64,000 nt of DNA, taken from positions 23,262-87,261 of the forward strand of contig CANPBX010000004.1 of assembly GCA_947572385.1 (NCBI GenBank), given 5' to 3'. The notes under the pieces are model-generated. The model did no database searches and was not told the origin of the DNA. It saw only the letters and a list, made by a program, of their open reading frames with translations. The translations under genes and the position numbers were made by a program. Shown here piece after piece: positions 9,370 to 17,849 of this stretch. Source of the stretch: an uncultured Clostridia bacterium. GTDB taxonomy: Bacteria > Bacillota > Clostridia > Oscillospirales > Acutalibacteraceae. Within the stretch, counting starts at the first letter, position 1. Each line of letters starts with the position of its first letter.

Positions 9370-9483
9370 TCACCAGCGCAGCTCGCATTTTCCCCTTGCG
9401 CCCTTAAACTCCCAGAGTAAAAAGTACCGGCTTCCGGCCTCCAGTTCTATCCTGCCGGCTGCCGGTCCGGCTTCATCATCCAT
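9370..9483 (-). CDS. Putative 37-aa small protein (MDDEAGPAAGRIELEAGSRYFLLWEFKGARGKCELRW)
   Basis: Read by hand; lies between the 9505 stop and the terminator; the SD-like GGAGG sits too close to the ATG, so support is weak. Confidence 0.25.
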   Translation of the reverse strand: MDDEAGPAAGRIELEAGSRYFLLWEFKGARGKCELRW

Positions 9484-9504
9484 CCCTCCAAGGCATATAT
9501 TCCG

Positions 9505-10047
9505 TCAGTTTCTAAAATATCCCGCCAGCTTCCCGTGGAGCCTTCTGAAGTACTCCCTGATCAGCCCCTGCAGAGTTTTATCATAGAGCACGAACACCAG
9601 GTTTGCCAATACAGCCAGCGCTATAAGGCTCCAGGGCATTGGCAAAAACGGTATGTCCTCCCAGGGTATCCCCAGCACATATACCGTGAGGGCCGCCTCA
9701 AGGGCTGCGGCTATATTAAATATCCCCAGCTTTGCCAGCCAGCAGAGCACAGGGCTCCTTATCTTACTCAGCCACGCGAACAGCACCGGGTAATACCCGA
9801 AGAACAGCAGGTATATCAGCGCCGCCTCCCTGTCGGGGGCTATGAACATACATAATGCGGCCGTGGCCCCATACGAGCCCAGGGCCCAGCCTGCGCCGGC
9901 CTCGGCTACGATGGGTATCAGCAGGCACCCGGCTATGGCCGGTATAGCTATGGAGGCCACCTGCACCAGCCCCTCAAACATCATCATCACCACCGAGAGG
10001 GCCGATACCACCCCGCATACGGCGATTTTAGCTGTATTGCCTCTCAT
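9505..10047 (-). CDS. Conserved integral membrane protein (about 5-6 TM segments, ECF S-component-like size)
   Basis: Hydrophobic throughout; SD GGGGCCGGGAGA; 15 bp from the J-domain gene stop. Confidence 0.75.
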   Translation of the reverse strand: MRGNTAKIAVCGVVSALSVVMMMFEGLVQVASIAIPAIAGCLLIPIVAEAGAGWALGSYGATAALCMFIAPDREAALIYLLFFGYYPVLFAWLSKIRSPVLCWLAKLGIFNIAAALEAALTVYVLGIPWEDIPFLPMPWSLIALAVLANLVFVLYDKTLQGLIREYFRRLHGKLAGYFRN

Positions 10048-10062
10048 ATCTCCCGGCCCCTC

Positions 10063-10683
10063 TTAGCAGCAGGGTATCAGGTCGCCGCCCATGCACTCAC
10101 AGCAGCAGTCCGCCATTAGCAGTCCCGAGCACATATCGCAGGTGTTGCACTCGCCGCCGGCACTCCTGCCCGGGTTATAGCCGCCGTACATACCGCCCCT
10201 TTGATTCATAGCCTGGTTCAAAGCCGCGCTGTACTCCGGGTTACCCGGGTCCATCTGGCAGGCCCTGGAGAAGTGGTCCTTTGCCTCCTCCAGCCAGCCT
10301 CGGCGGTACAGCACGGAGCCCTTGAGGAAGTACCATTCGGCGTTCCGCCTGTCAGCCGGGACGCCGTTTAGTATCTGCTCAGCATCCGCAAAGCGCCCGG
10401 ACATAATTAGGCTGCGCACGTCGCCGAAACCCGAGGATCCATAGGCTCCCGCGCCGGGGTTATAGCCCGCGCTATAACCGCCCTTACTGCCGCTGCGCCG
10501 CTGGGCCGTTATAGTATCATATGCCTCGTTTATCTCCTTCATCTTCTCGTCGGCAAGCTCCTTCAAGGGGCTCTCGGCGTATTGGTCAGGATGGTATTTC
10601 TTGGCAAGCTTGCGGTATGCGTCCTTGATCTCCTCGTCTGTAGCGGTGCGGGATACCCCCAGCGCCTTGTACGGATCACTCAT
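10063..10683 (-). CDS. J-domain + TPR protein with Cys-rich C-terminus
   Basis: DPYKALGV...[12 protein letters not shown]-domain with intact HPD; TPR (AEWYFLKG...DPGNPEY); tail CNTCDMC...CCCEC...PCC. Confidence 0.88.
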   Translation of the reverse strand: MSDPYKALGVSRTATDEEIKDAYRKLAKKYHPDQYAESPLKELADEKMKEINEAYDTITAQRRSGSKGGYSAGYNPGAGAYGSSGFGDVRSLIMSGRFADAEQILNGVPADRRNAEWYFLKGSVLYRRGWLEEAKDHFSRACQMDPGNPEYSAALNQAMNQRGGMYGGYNPGRSAGGECNTCDMCSGLLMADCCCECMGGDLIPCC

Positions 10684-10732
10684 TGATTAAACCCTTCCCT
10701 TTATTGTTTTGAGTATGTTTATGGCCTCTGAT

Positions 10733-10768
10733 CCCTGCCGCCTTTTTCCAAAGGCGGACAAAACTTTT
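10733..10768 (+). repeat. REP-like hairpin repeat copy 1
   Basis: CCCTGCCGCCTTTTTCCAAAGGCGGACAAAACTTTT; homologous to 45539-45589. Confidence 0.65.
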
Positions 10769-11669
10769 ACTTTAGCTCGCGTTTGGGCTTCTCCCTTATG
10801 TGCAGGAACAGGATCTCCCTCTGGACCTCTGCCAGGCCCTTTTGGGCCACGTTCTCGATTATGGGGCCGAACTGCCCCATCTCGATCAGGTTTGCCGCCA
10901 GCACCAGCCTTGCCGCCGTTGCGTTCAGGGCTTCGTTGCAGGCCTTGTCTGCGGCCCTGCGCTCCTCCTGGGTGAGCTCCTTCTTTCCCTCAAGGCCCAG
11001 GCGCTTTATAAATGGATTAAAGCTTCCCGAGCGCATATCCTCCGCCAGGTCGTCCGCCGCGTCCATCAGGTACACCCATCTGCCAAGGAAATACCCAAAG
11101 CTCTCCAGCGCGGGGCGCTGCTTATTATCGCAGCCTGCCAGCTCCCCGAAAAGCTCTCTGAGAAGATTCGCCGTGGGCTCCGCACAGCGGTCTACTCCCG
11201 CGCCTTCTTCCTCGGCCTGCCGCTGGCCCTCCATGGCCTTCTCCACTATGCTTGCCATACCGGGATACTGCCTTGCCGCCCTTCTGGCCTTTGGTGAGAC
11301 TGCCGGCAGCAGCAGCCTGCTTCCAAGGGAGGCGAAAAAGCTCTCGTCCTCACAGTCGTCGCGGAGCTTATGATACGTCAGCAGAACGCAGAGGGCCGCC
11401 GCCTTTTTATATGCCTCCCCGGGGCTTGGGAGGTATGTGCAGGCCTTTAAGGGATTGCACACACAGCGCCGCTTCTGCTCCTCCACCCTGCCGCCTGTCA
11501 CCGACAGGGCCAGCATTGCGTAGAACGCGCAGTCATAGCTCAAGGCAAAGCGGGCCAGTACGCCGTATTCGTCCCCGAGCACCCGGCAGAGCTGGCAGTA
11601 TACCGCCTTATACTGCCCGTACTCCTTTACCAGCAGCTCGGGCTTATATGGGCGCACATATCCGAACAT
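10767..11669 (-). CDS. DUF5685-like protein
   Basis: MFGYVRPYKPEL...YKAVYCQLC N-terminus typical of this family as recalled; Asp-rich motifs DDCEDE and DAADDLAED...G.FNP. Confidence 0.8.
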   Translation of the reverse strand: MFGYVRPYKPELLVKEYGQYKAVYCQLCRVLGDEYGVLARFALSYDCAFYAMLALSVTGGRVEEQKRRCVCNPLKACTYLPSPGEAYKKAAALCVLLTYHKLRDDCEDESFFASLGSRLLLPAVSPKARRAARQYPGMASIVEKAMEGQRQAEEEGAGVDRCAEPTANLLRELFGELAGCDNKQRPALESFGYFLGRWVYLMDAADDLAEDMRSGSFNPFIKRLGLEGKKELTQEERRAADKACNEALNATAARLVLAANLIEMGQFGPIIENVAQKGLAEVQREILFLHIREKPKRELK

Positions 11670-11772
11670 GGTCCACTCCCCTTATCTACCGCTTATTTTA
11701 CCCGATTTTCCCTCTCAGGTGTTGAACATATTGTAAACAAAGCCATTCAAAATCTTTACATATCCCCGCCTA

Positions 11773-12663
11773 TTATCTGAACAGCTTCAATGCCCCCGGT
11801 AAGACCTCGGCCCTGACGTCCGTGCCGCCGCTTACATACTCTCCGTCCAGGGACCAGGGCATGGGCTCCGCACAGGCGAAGGCGGCCCCGGCGGTGTGCA
11901 CGAAGGTGATAAGCTCCTCGTCCACCTGCCCGCCCATCAGTGCCAGCAGTATGCGGTTGAGCTCGTACAGGCTCTTCGGCTTCTTTACCAGCGCCAGCTC
12001 AAAGAGGCCGTCGGCAGGGTCCACCTTTTCTGCGGACATCTTGATTATCCCCCCAAGGGAGGTGGAGTTGCTCAGAGCCCCGAAAAGGTACTCGCCCTCA
12101 TACACGCCGCCCTCAGCGGTCTCAGCCCGCACCGCGTAGGATTTCAGCTGGGGCAGCTCCTTTATGCCCTCAATAATATAGGCCAAATGTCCCAAGGAGT
12201 TCTTCAGGTTCTGAGTGGTGGCATAGGAGGTCTGGGTAAAGGCCCCGAAGGAGGCCACGTATATAAAGTGCCTCTCCCCAAAGCGCCCTGCGTCTATGGG
12301 CTTGGCCTCGCCGTCCACAATAAGGTCCGCGGCCTCGGCGGGCTCCTTGGGCAGCCCCAGGAAATTTGCAAAGTCATTGGTGCTTCCGGCGGGGATATAT
12401 CCAAGCTTGACCTCCTCGCCGCTCCTCAGCAGCCTGTCCACTGTGGCACTTAAAGTGCCGTCGCCGCCGCAGCATACAAGGGTGTCTGGCTTTGCCCTTA
12501 TAGCCCTGTCCAGGGCTTCAGCCGCATGGGCGGAGTTGACTGTCAGCTCCATTACCACCTCGTTTTTATTCTCCTCCCCGGCGAAGGCCCGGTAAATGCT
12601 GTGCAGCTCCCTGAGCACCACCTGCCTTCCGGCGTTGGGGTTTACCAGTATCCTGAATTTCAT
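11773..12663 (-). CDS. Diacylglycerol kinase family (YegS/BmrU-like) lipid kinase
   Basis: VNPNAG, GGDGT, IPAGSTNDFA, SLDGE. Confidence 0.92.
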   Translation of the reverse strand: MKFRILVNPNAGRQVVLRELHSIYRAFAGEENKNEVVMELTVNSAHAAEALDRAIRAKPDTLVCCGGDGTLSATVDRLLRSGEEVKLGYIPAGSTNDFANFLGLPKEPAEAADLIVDGEAKPIDAGRFGERHFIYVASFGAFTQTSYATTQNLKNSLGHLAYIIEGIKELPQLKSYAVRAETAEGGVYEGEYLFGALSNSTSLGGIIKMSAEKVDPADGLFELALVKKPKSLYELNRILLALMGGQVDEELITFVHTAGAAFACAEPMPWSLDGEYVSGGTDVRAEVLPGALKLFR

Positions 12664-12687
12664 ATACGTCCCCTTTCAGCAGTTATA

Positions 12688-13125
12688 TCAAAACCTGTCC
12701 CTGACCCGCTCGTATAGATGGGGCGTGATATACGGATAGGTGACCTCCTCAGGAAGCGTGTCAAACTGCCTTGTTTCAGCCATCTCGCTCTCGGGCATGG
12801 GCCCCAGCTCCTCTATGTCCGCAAAGAATATAGCTCCCCACGCGCCGCTCTCAGTCTTGCCTCCTACCCTGTCCTCGGCCCAGTACATACACATAGGCTC
12901 CAATGTGAATTTTAGGGCACCGCTCTCCTCCCAGAGCTCCCGCTTAGCCGCGTTCTCCGGGGATTCCCCCTGCTCTATATGCCCGCCCTGGGTCTCCCAG
13001 GTGTCCCGGCCCTTATGCCTGCTCAAAAGCAGTTTGCCCTGATATCGGGAAAAAATCACCACGTACTTATTTGATATAGACTCATCCCAGTCAACTATTT
13101 TTGTGCAAATCGAGCCTCTCGGCAT
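12688..13125 (-). CDS. NUDIX hydrolase
   Basis: Nudix box GGHIEQGESPENAAKRELWEESG; start placed at ATG 13125. Confidence 0.88.
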   Translation of the reverse strand: MPRGSICTKIVDWDESISNKYVVIFSRYQGKLLLSRHKGRDTWETQGGHIEQGESPENAAKRELWEESGALKFTLEPMCMYWAEDRVGGKTESGAWGAIFFADIEELGPMPESEMAETRQFDTLPEEVTYPYITPHLYERVRDRF

Positions 13126-13159
13126 TTCGCATCGCCCCTTCTTCTTAATTATTATGTTG

Positions 13160-13188
13160 ATTATAGCAGAAAGGCCGAAGATTGTAAA
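13160..13188 (-). promoter_or_regulatory. Sigma-A promoter of the NUDIX-DAGK transcript
   Basis: TTTACA-17 bp-TATAAT with extended TG. Confidence 0.6.
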
Positions 13189-13247
13189 GCGCCTGAAATC
13201 AAGTCCGAAAGCTGGCCCCAAGCCGCCCCTCAATGTTTTATGTCGGT

Positions 13248-13318
13248 AGTGGAATGTTGAAAACTCGGTGGAAAGTGTTGATAACCCCTTATTTTACTGG
13301 CCTTTCTCAAGTTGAAAA
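13248..13318 (+). promoter_or_regulatory. Cluster of DnaA-box-like 9-mers
   Basis: TGTTGAAAA (13255), GGTGGAAAG (13267), TGTTGATAA (13276), AGTTGAAAA (13310), all co-oriented, versus consensus TGTGGATAA. Confidence 0.4.
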
Positions 13319-13476
13319 GTGTTTTGTGTCCAGAATATTATGTAAATATGATGAATATATTTCCGTGATATGAACGCTTCGCCTTCACTCTTCGACCCTT
13401 TGAAAGTTTCTCTTTATTTTTTCGTCCGGCTATGCTAAAATATATTTATTATGTGAATTATCAGGAGGCTGGCCCT

Positions 13477-14184
13477 ATGAGAGAGGATATCTGCTCAATA
13501 CCCGTGAACGAAGTATTTGAACCCAAAGACGGCTGCCCCTTCTGCCGTATGCGCGATATGCTGGAGGACCGCATGGCGACCTATATCACAGGCGCCGCCA
13601 TGATGGAGCCCGACGTGCGCATAGAGACGAACCGCCTTGGCTTCTGCTCTGAGCATTTCAACCAGATACTCGCCCGGGGCAGCAGGCTCTCGGTGGCCCT
13701 TATCCTGGAGAGCCTTTTAGCCGAGGTGAAGGGCCAGGTCTTCCCTGAGGGCAAAGCCGTGCCCAAGAAGATAGCCGCAACCGTACACAGCCGGGAGGAT
13801 AACTGCTTTATCTGCACGAATATTAAAGACAGCATGAGGCACCTTTTGGAGAGCACTATAGCCCTCTGGCAGAACGAGCAGGAGTTTAGGGACCTGTACA
13901 CCGCCCAGCAGTTCATCTGCCTGCCCCACTACGGGATGGCTGTGGAGGCCGCGGCTAAAATGCCCAGGAAAAATTTCGCGCTCTTCGAGGCTGAGACCAC
14001 CCGCCTTGCAAAGGCCTATCTTGAGGCGCTCAGCGGCGATGTGACCCACTTCTGCCGCATGTTCGACTACCGCAACGCCGGTGGGGACTGGGGCAGCTCC
14101 AAGGACTCCATCGAGCGCGCCATGACCTGGCTCACCTCCCGCGCGCCCACGGCCCAGCAGGACTCCGGGGAGAAAAACCGTTGA
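13477..14184 (+). CDS. DUF6062-like protein with duplicated Cys/His motifs
   Basis: CPFC, FCSEH, CFIC, CLPH motifs; SD AGGAGG before ATG 13477. Confidence 0.75.
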   Translation: MREDICSIPVNEVFEPKDGCPFCRMRDMLEDRMATYITGAAMMEPDVRIETNRLGFCSEHFNQILARGSRLSVALILESLLAEVKGQVFPEGKAVPKKIAATVHSREDNCFICTNIKDSMRHLLESTIALWQNEQEFRDLYTAQQFICLPHYGMAVEAAAKMPRKNFALFEAETTRLAKAYLEALSGDVTHFCRMFDYRNAGGDWGSSKDSIERAMTWLTSRAPTAQQDSGEKNR

Positions 14185-15011
14185 GCGGGCCGGTGTTTGC
14201 GGCAAAGCTGCCGCCCCTCTTTGACCTTGCCCAGACCCTCGACTGCGGCCAGGCCTTCCGGTGGAAGCAGTCGGAGGAGAACCCGGGCATATGGTACGGC
14301 GCGGCCTACGGCAGGGTATTATACCTTCGGGCCGCTGAAGACAGCCTTGAGCTAAGCTGCTCTCCCGAGGACTTGGCGTCCGTCTGGCAGGATTACTTTG
14401 ATTTAGATGAAGATTACGCCCGTATCAGGCAGGAGCTCTCCGGCCTGAGCCCGGTGCTTAAGGAGGCCGCAGAGTTTGCCCCTGGCATACGCATTCTCCG
14501 CCAGGAGCCCTGGGAGGCCCTCTGCTCCTTTATCATGTCCCAGAACAATAATATCAGCCGCATCAAGGGGCTGGTCGGCAGCTTCTGCCGCATGTTCGGG
14601 GAGCCGATCGCCGGTACGGAAATATACTCCTTCCCAACGCCCCAGGCGGTCGCCTCCCTTTCAGAAGAGGACCTGGCCCCCCTACGCTCCGGCTACCGCG
14701 CACCCTACATACTGGATGCTGCCAGGAAGGTCGCTAGCGGTGAAATTGACCTTCACCGCGTCATGGACGAGCCCCCGGGCTTCGGGCGGGAGGAGCTGCG
14801 TAAAATCAAGGGGGTCGGCCCCAAGGTAGCCGAGTGCGCCCTGCTCTACGGCTTTCACAAAACCGAGTGCTTCCCCCTCGACGTCTGGATGAAGCGGGCT
14901 ATGGCCCGGCTGCTCCCCGGCATGACCCCTGAGGACTTCGGCCCTAACGCGGGCCTTGCCCAGCAGTATATCTTTCACTACAGCCGGATGCACCCGGAGC
15001 TTTTTGAGTAA
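14181..15011 (+). CDS. 8-oxoguanine DNA glycosylase (OGG1-like HhH-GPD)
   Basis: DLAQTLDCGQAFRW, LRQEPWEALCSFIMSQNNNI, HhH KGVGPKVAEC, FPLDVW; TTGA overlap with the upstream stop. Confidence 0.9.
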   Translation: MSGPVFAAKLPPLFDLAQTLDCGQAFRWKQSEENPGIWYGAAYGRVLYLRAAEDSLELSCSPEDLASVWQDYFDLDEDYARIRQELSGLSPVLKEAAEFAPGIRILRQEPWEALCSFIMSQNNNISRIKGLVGSFCRMFGEPIAGTEIYSFPTPQAVASLSEEDLAPLRSGYRAPYILDAARKVASGEIDLHRVMDEPPGFGREELRKIKGVGPKVAECALLYGFHKTECFPLDVWMKRAMARLLPGMTPEDFGPNAGLAQQYIFHYSRMHPELFE

Positions 15012-15049
15012 AAGAAATAACCTCCAGGTTGCCTTGGAGGTTATTTCTT
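15012..15049. terminator. Bidirectional terminator between ogg and pnp
   Basis: AAGAAATAACCTCCA/TGGAGGTTATTTCTT perfect 15-bp inverted repeat between convergent genes. Confidence 0.85.
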
Positions 15050-15090
15050 GTTATATTACAGCCTTACGGCTATTTGTCCGGTCTTTCCCC

Positions 15091-17277
15091 TTACCGCCTG
15101 TCGTGGTCCCTGCGCGGGGGCCTGCGGTCATGGTCCCTTCTGGGGGGCCGGTCCGCGCTGATATCATTCTCCGGCACAGCGCCGTCCAGGTCAATAAGCG
15201 CGTCCCGCCTTGAGAGGTTCAGGCGGCCCTTATCATCTATCTCCAGTACCTTTACCTTTACCACGTCGCCCACGTTCACCACGTCCGTGACCTTCTCTGT
15301 GCGCCGGATATCCAGCCTAGAGATATGCACAAGACCCTCTTTGCCCGGAGCTATCTCCACAAAGGCCCCGAAGTCCATCAGCCTTGTGACCCGGCCGTTA
15401 TAGTAGCTGCCCGGCTCCGGGTCGTTGACGATGGTGTCCACAATGTCCATGGCCCGGCGGCATTTCTCAACGTCAATGCCGGTAATGAACACGTGGCCGT
15501 CCTCCTCCACGTCCATGGTGATCTCGCACTCGGCGCAGATCTTCTGTATGACCTTGCCGCCTGTGCCGATGACCTCGCGGATCTTGTCCACAGGTATCTG
15601 CATAGAGAGCATCTTCGGCGCATAGGGGGACAGCTCGGGCCGCACCTCAGGTATGGCCTTGAGCATGATCTCATCTATAATATAGTTGCGGGCCTTATGG
15701 GTCTTTTCCAGAGCCTCCTTCACCATCTCGGGCAGCAGGCCGGATATCTTCAGGTCCATCTGTATGGCGGTGATACCCTTCTTGGTGCCGCCCACCTTAA
15801 AGTCCATATCCCCGAAGAAGTCCTCAACGCCCTGGATGTCCACCATGGTCATCCAGCGCTCCCCCTCGGTAATAAGTCCACAGGAGATACCTGCCACAGG
15901 GGCTTTGATGGGCACGCCGGCATCCATCAGCGCCAGGGTCGAGCCGCAGATAGATGCCTGCGAGGTCGAGCCGTTGGAGCTCAGCACCTCGGATACCAGG
16001 CGTATGGTGTAGGGGAACTCCTCCATTCCCGGCACCACCGGCACCAGTGCCCGCTCCGCCAGAGCCCCGTGGCCTATCTCACGCCTGCCCGGGCCGCGGC
16101 TGGGCCGGGTCTCTCCCACAGAATATGAGGGGAAATTGTAGTGGTGGATATACCTCTTGCTCTCCTCCTCGTCAATGCCGTCCAGCAGCTGGTTGTCCCT
16201 TATAGAGCCAAGAGTCGCTACAGTGAGCACCTGGGTCTGCCCGCGGGTGAACATGCCGGAGCCATGGGTCCTTGGAAGCAGCCCCACCTCGGCGGCCAGG
16301 GGGCGCATTTCATCCATACCGCGCCCGTCCACACGCTTCTGCTCGTCCAGAAGCCAGCGGCGCACCACATACTTCTGGGTCTTATACATACACTCGTCTA
16401 TCTTCGCTTCCTGCTCCGGGTACTCCGGGTCGAAGCGCTCATGGACCTTGTCATAGACCGGGCGCAGCCTGGCATCCCTTACGGTCTTATCGTCAGTGTC
16501 CATGGCTTCCCGCACATCGTCCTCGGCAAAAGCCTTTATAGCCTCGAACATCTCCGGCTCCGGCTCGTTGCTGGGATACTCGAACTTTTCCTTGCCGATC
16601 TCGGCCTGTATACCCTTGATAAACTCAATGATATGCTGGTTTGCCTCATGCCCTGCCATAATGCCGCTATACATATCCTCGTCGGAGACCTCGTTTGCCC
16701 CTGCCTCTATCATGGCTATACGCTGGGATGTGGAGGCAACTGTCACCGCCATCTCGCTCACCTTGCGCTGCTCGGCATTGGGGTTTATAACAAACTCACC
16801 GTCTATAAGCCCCACGGATACGCCGGAGATAGGCCCGCTCCAGGGGATATCGGAAATGGTCAGGGCTATGGAGGTGCCCACCATTGCGGCAATTTCGGGA
16901 GAGCAGTCCTGGTCCACGGACATCACAGTGCACACAATAGCCACATCGTTCCTCATGTCCTTGGGGAACAGCGGGCGGATAGGCCTGTCTATCATGCGGC
17001 AGACCAGGGTGGCCTTTTCGCTGGGCCGGCCCTCCCTCTTTAAAAAGGAGCCGGGGATTTTGCCCACGGAATACAGCTTCTCCTCAAAGTCCACGGAGAG
17101 CGGAAAGAAGTCTATGCCGTCCCGAGGCTTTGCCGAGGCTGTGGCAGCCACGTGCACCACGGTGTCTCCGTAGCGCACCAGGCACTCGCCGTTTGCCAGC
17201 TGAGCCATCTTGCCGGTCTCTATCACTAAGGGGCGCCCGGCAAAGTCGGTCTCATAGCGTTTAAAATTCTCAAACAT
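15091..17277 (-). CDS. pnp: Polyribonucleotide nucleotidyltransferase
   Basis: FFPLSVDFEEK, RREIGHG, SNGSTSQAS, GDMDFKVGG, KH and S1 domains. Confidence 0.98.
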   Translation of the reverse strand: MFENFKRYETDFAGRPLVIETGKMAQLANGECLVRYGDTVVHVAATASAKPRDGIDFFPLSVDFEEKLYSVGKIPGSFLKREGRPSEKATLVCRMIDRPIRPLFPKDMRNDVAIVCTVMSVDQDCSPEIAAMVGTSIALTISDIPWSGPISGVSVGLIDGEFVINPNAEQRKVSEMAVTVASTSQRIAMIEAGANEVSDEDMYSGIMAGHEANQHIIEFIKGIQAEIGKEKFEYPSNEPEPEMFEAIKAFAEDDVREAMDTDDKTVRDARLRPVYDKVHERFDPEYPEQEAKIDECMYKTQKYVVRRWLLDEQKRVDGRGMDEMRPLAAEVGLLPRTHGSGMFTRGQTQVLTVATLGSIRDNQLLDGIDEEESKRYIHHYNFPSYSVGETRPSRGPGRREIGHGALAERALVPVVPGMEEFPYTIRLVSEVLSSNGSTSQASICGSTLALMDAGVPIKAPVAGISCGLITEGERWMTMVDIQGVEDFFGDMDFKVGGTKKGITAIQMDLKISGLLPEMVKEALEKTHKARNYIIDEIMLKAIPEVRPELSPYAPKMLSMQIPVDKIREVIGTGGKVIQKICAECEITMDVEEDGHVFITGIDVEKCRRAMDIVDTIVNDPEPGSYYNGRVTRLMDFGAFVEIAPGKEGLVHISRLDIRRTEKVTDVVNVGDVVKVKVLEIDDKGRLNLSRRDALIDLDGAVPENDISADRPPRRDHDRRPPRRDHDRR

Positions 17278-17291
17278 AATTTACCCTTTCC

Positions 17292-17454
17292 CCCTCCCGA
17301 AAGCGGGAGGGCATTTTTTCACGCCGCCGCCCTGTTTGACAAACAGGCCCTCCGGCAGTCCGGGGAGTCTGTTTGTAAAACAGGTGCTTGGCGGCACTTT
17401 TCCATCCTGAAATATGAACGAACAGCGGCGGCAAGCCCGAGAGCCTGCCGCCGC
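17292..17454 (-). promoter_or_regulatory. Structured rpsO-pnp intergenic region (three hairpins)
   Basis: Hairpins at 17292-17311, 17331-17384 (25-bp arms) and 17425-17454. Confidence 0.65.
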
Positions 17455-17490
17455 CCCCGCTCAAGATACTATAGGACAGATGTTAGGTTC

Positions 17491-17754
17491 TTATTTACGG
17501 ATGCCCAGCTCAGCGATAATGCTGCGGTAGCGCTCAATGTCTATCTTAATGAGATAGTTCAGAAGGCTCCTGCGCTGGCCGACCATCTTCAGCAGGCCCC
17601 TGCGGGAGTGGTGGTCCTTCTTGTTCGTGCGCAGGTGCTCGGTAAGGTCGTTAATGCGCTTTGTGAGAACGGCGATCTGCACCTCGGGGGAGCCGGTGTC
17701 GCCCTCATGGCGGGCATACTTCTGGATAATTTCGGTCTTCTCAACTTTTGTCAT
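17491..17754 (-). CDS. rpsO: 30S ribosomal protein S15
   Basis: [13 protein letters not shown]...LTEHL...[14 protein letters not shown]; start at ATG 17754 behind AAGGTGA. Confidence 0.98.
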   Translation of the reverse strand: MTKVEKTEIIQKYARHEGDTGSPEVQIAVLTKRINDLTEHLRTNKKDHHSRRGLLKMVGQRRSLLNYLIKIDIERYRSIIAELGIRK

Positions 17755-17767
17755 TTCTATCACCTTT

Positions 17768-17835
17768 TCTATTATATTCGCCCGTCCCGCAGCCTATGGC
17801 CGGTGGAGCCGGTATCCGGGGGATGGGTACTTCAG
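17768..17835 (-). ncRNA. Probable S15 autoregulatory leader
   Basis: Structured 5' UTR (CCCATCCC...GGATACCGG.CTCCACCGG...GGGACGGG) between the promoter (TTTACA-17-TAAAAT, 17838-17866) and rpsO, where Firmicutes S15 leaders are known to lie. Confidence 0.55.
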
Positions 17836-17849
17836 CTATTTTAACATAC

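Noticed and set aside
9505-9507. Selenocysteine or stop-codon readthrough at the TGA before the small ORF
   Set aside because: No SECIS-like hairpin right after the TGA and no redox-motif context
15091-15145. Tandem PPRRDHDRR repeat at the PNPase C-terminus
   Set aside because: Ordinary low-complexity disordered tail, two degenerate copies only
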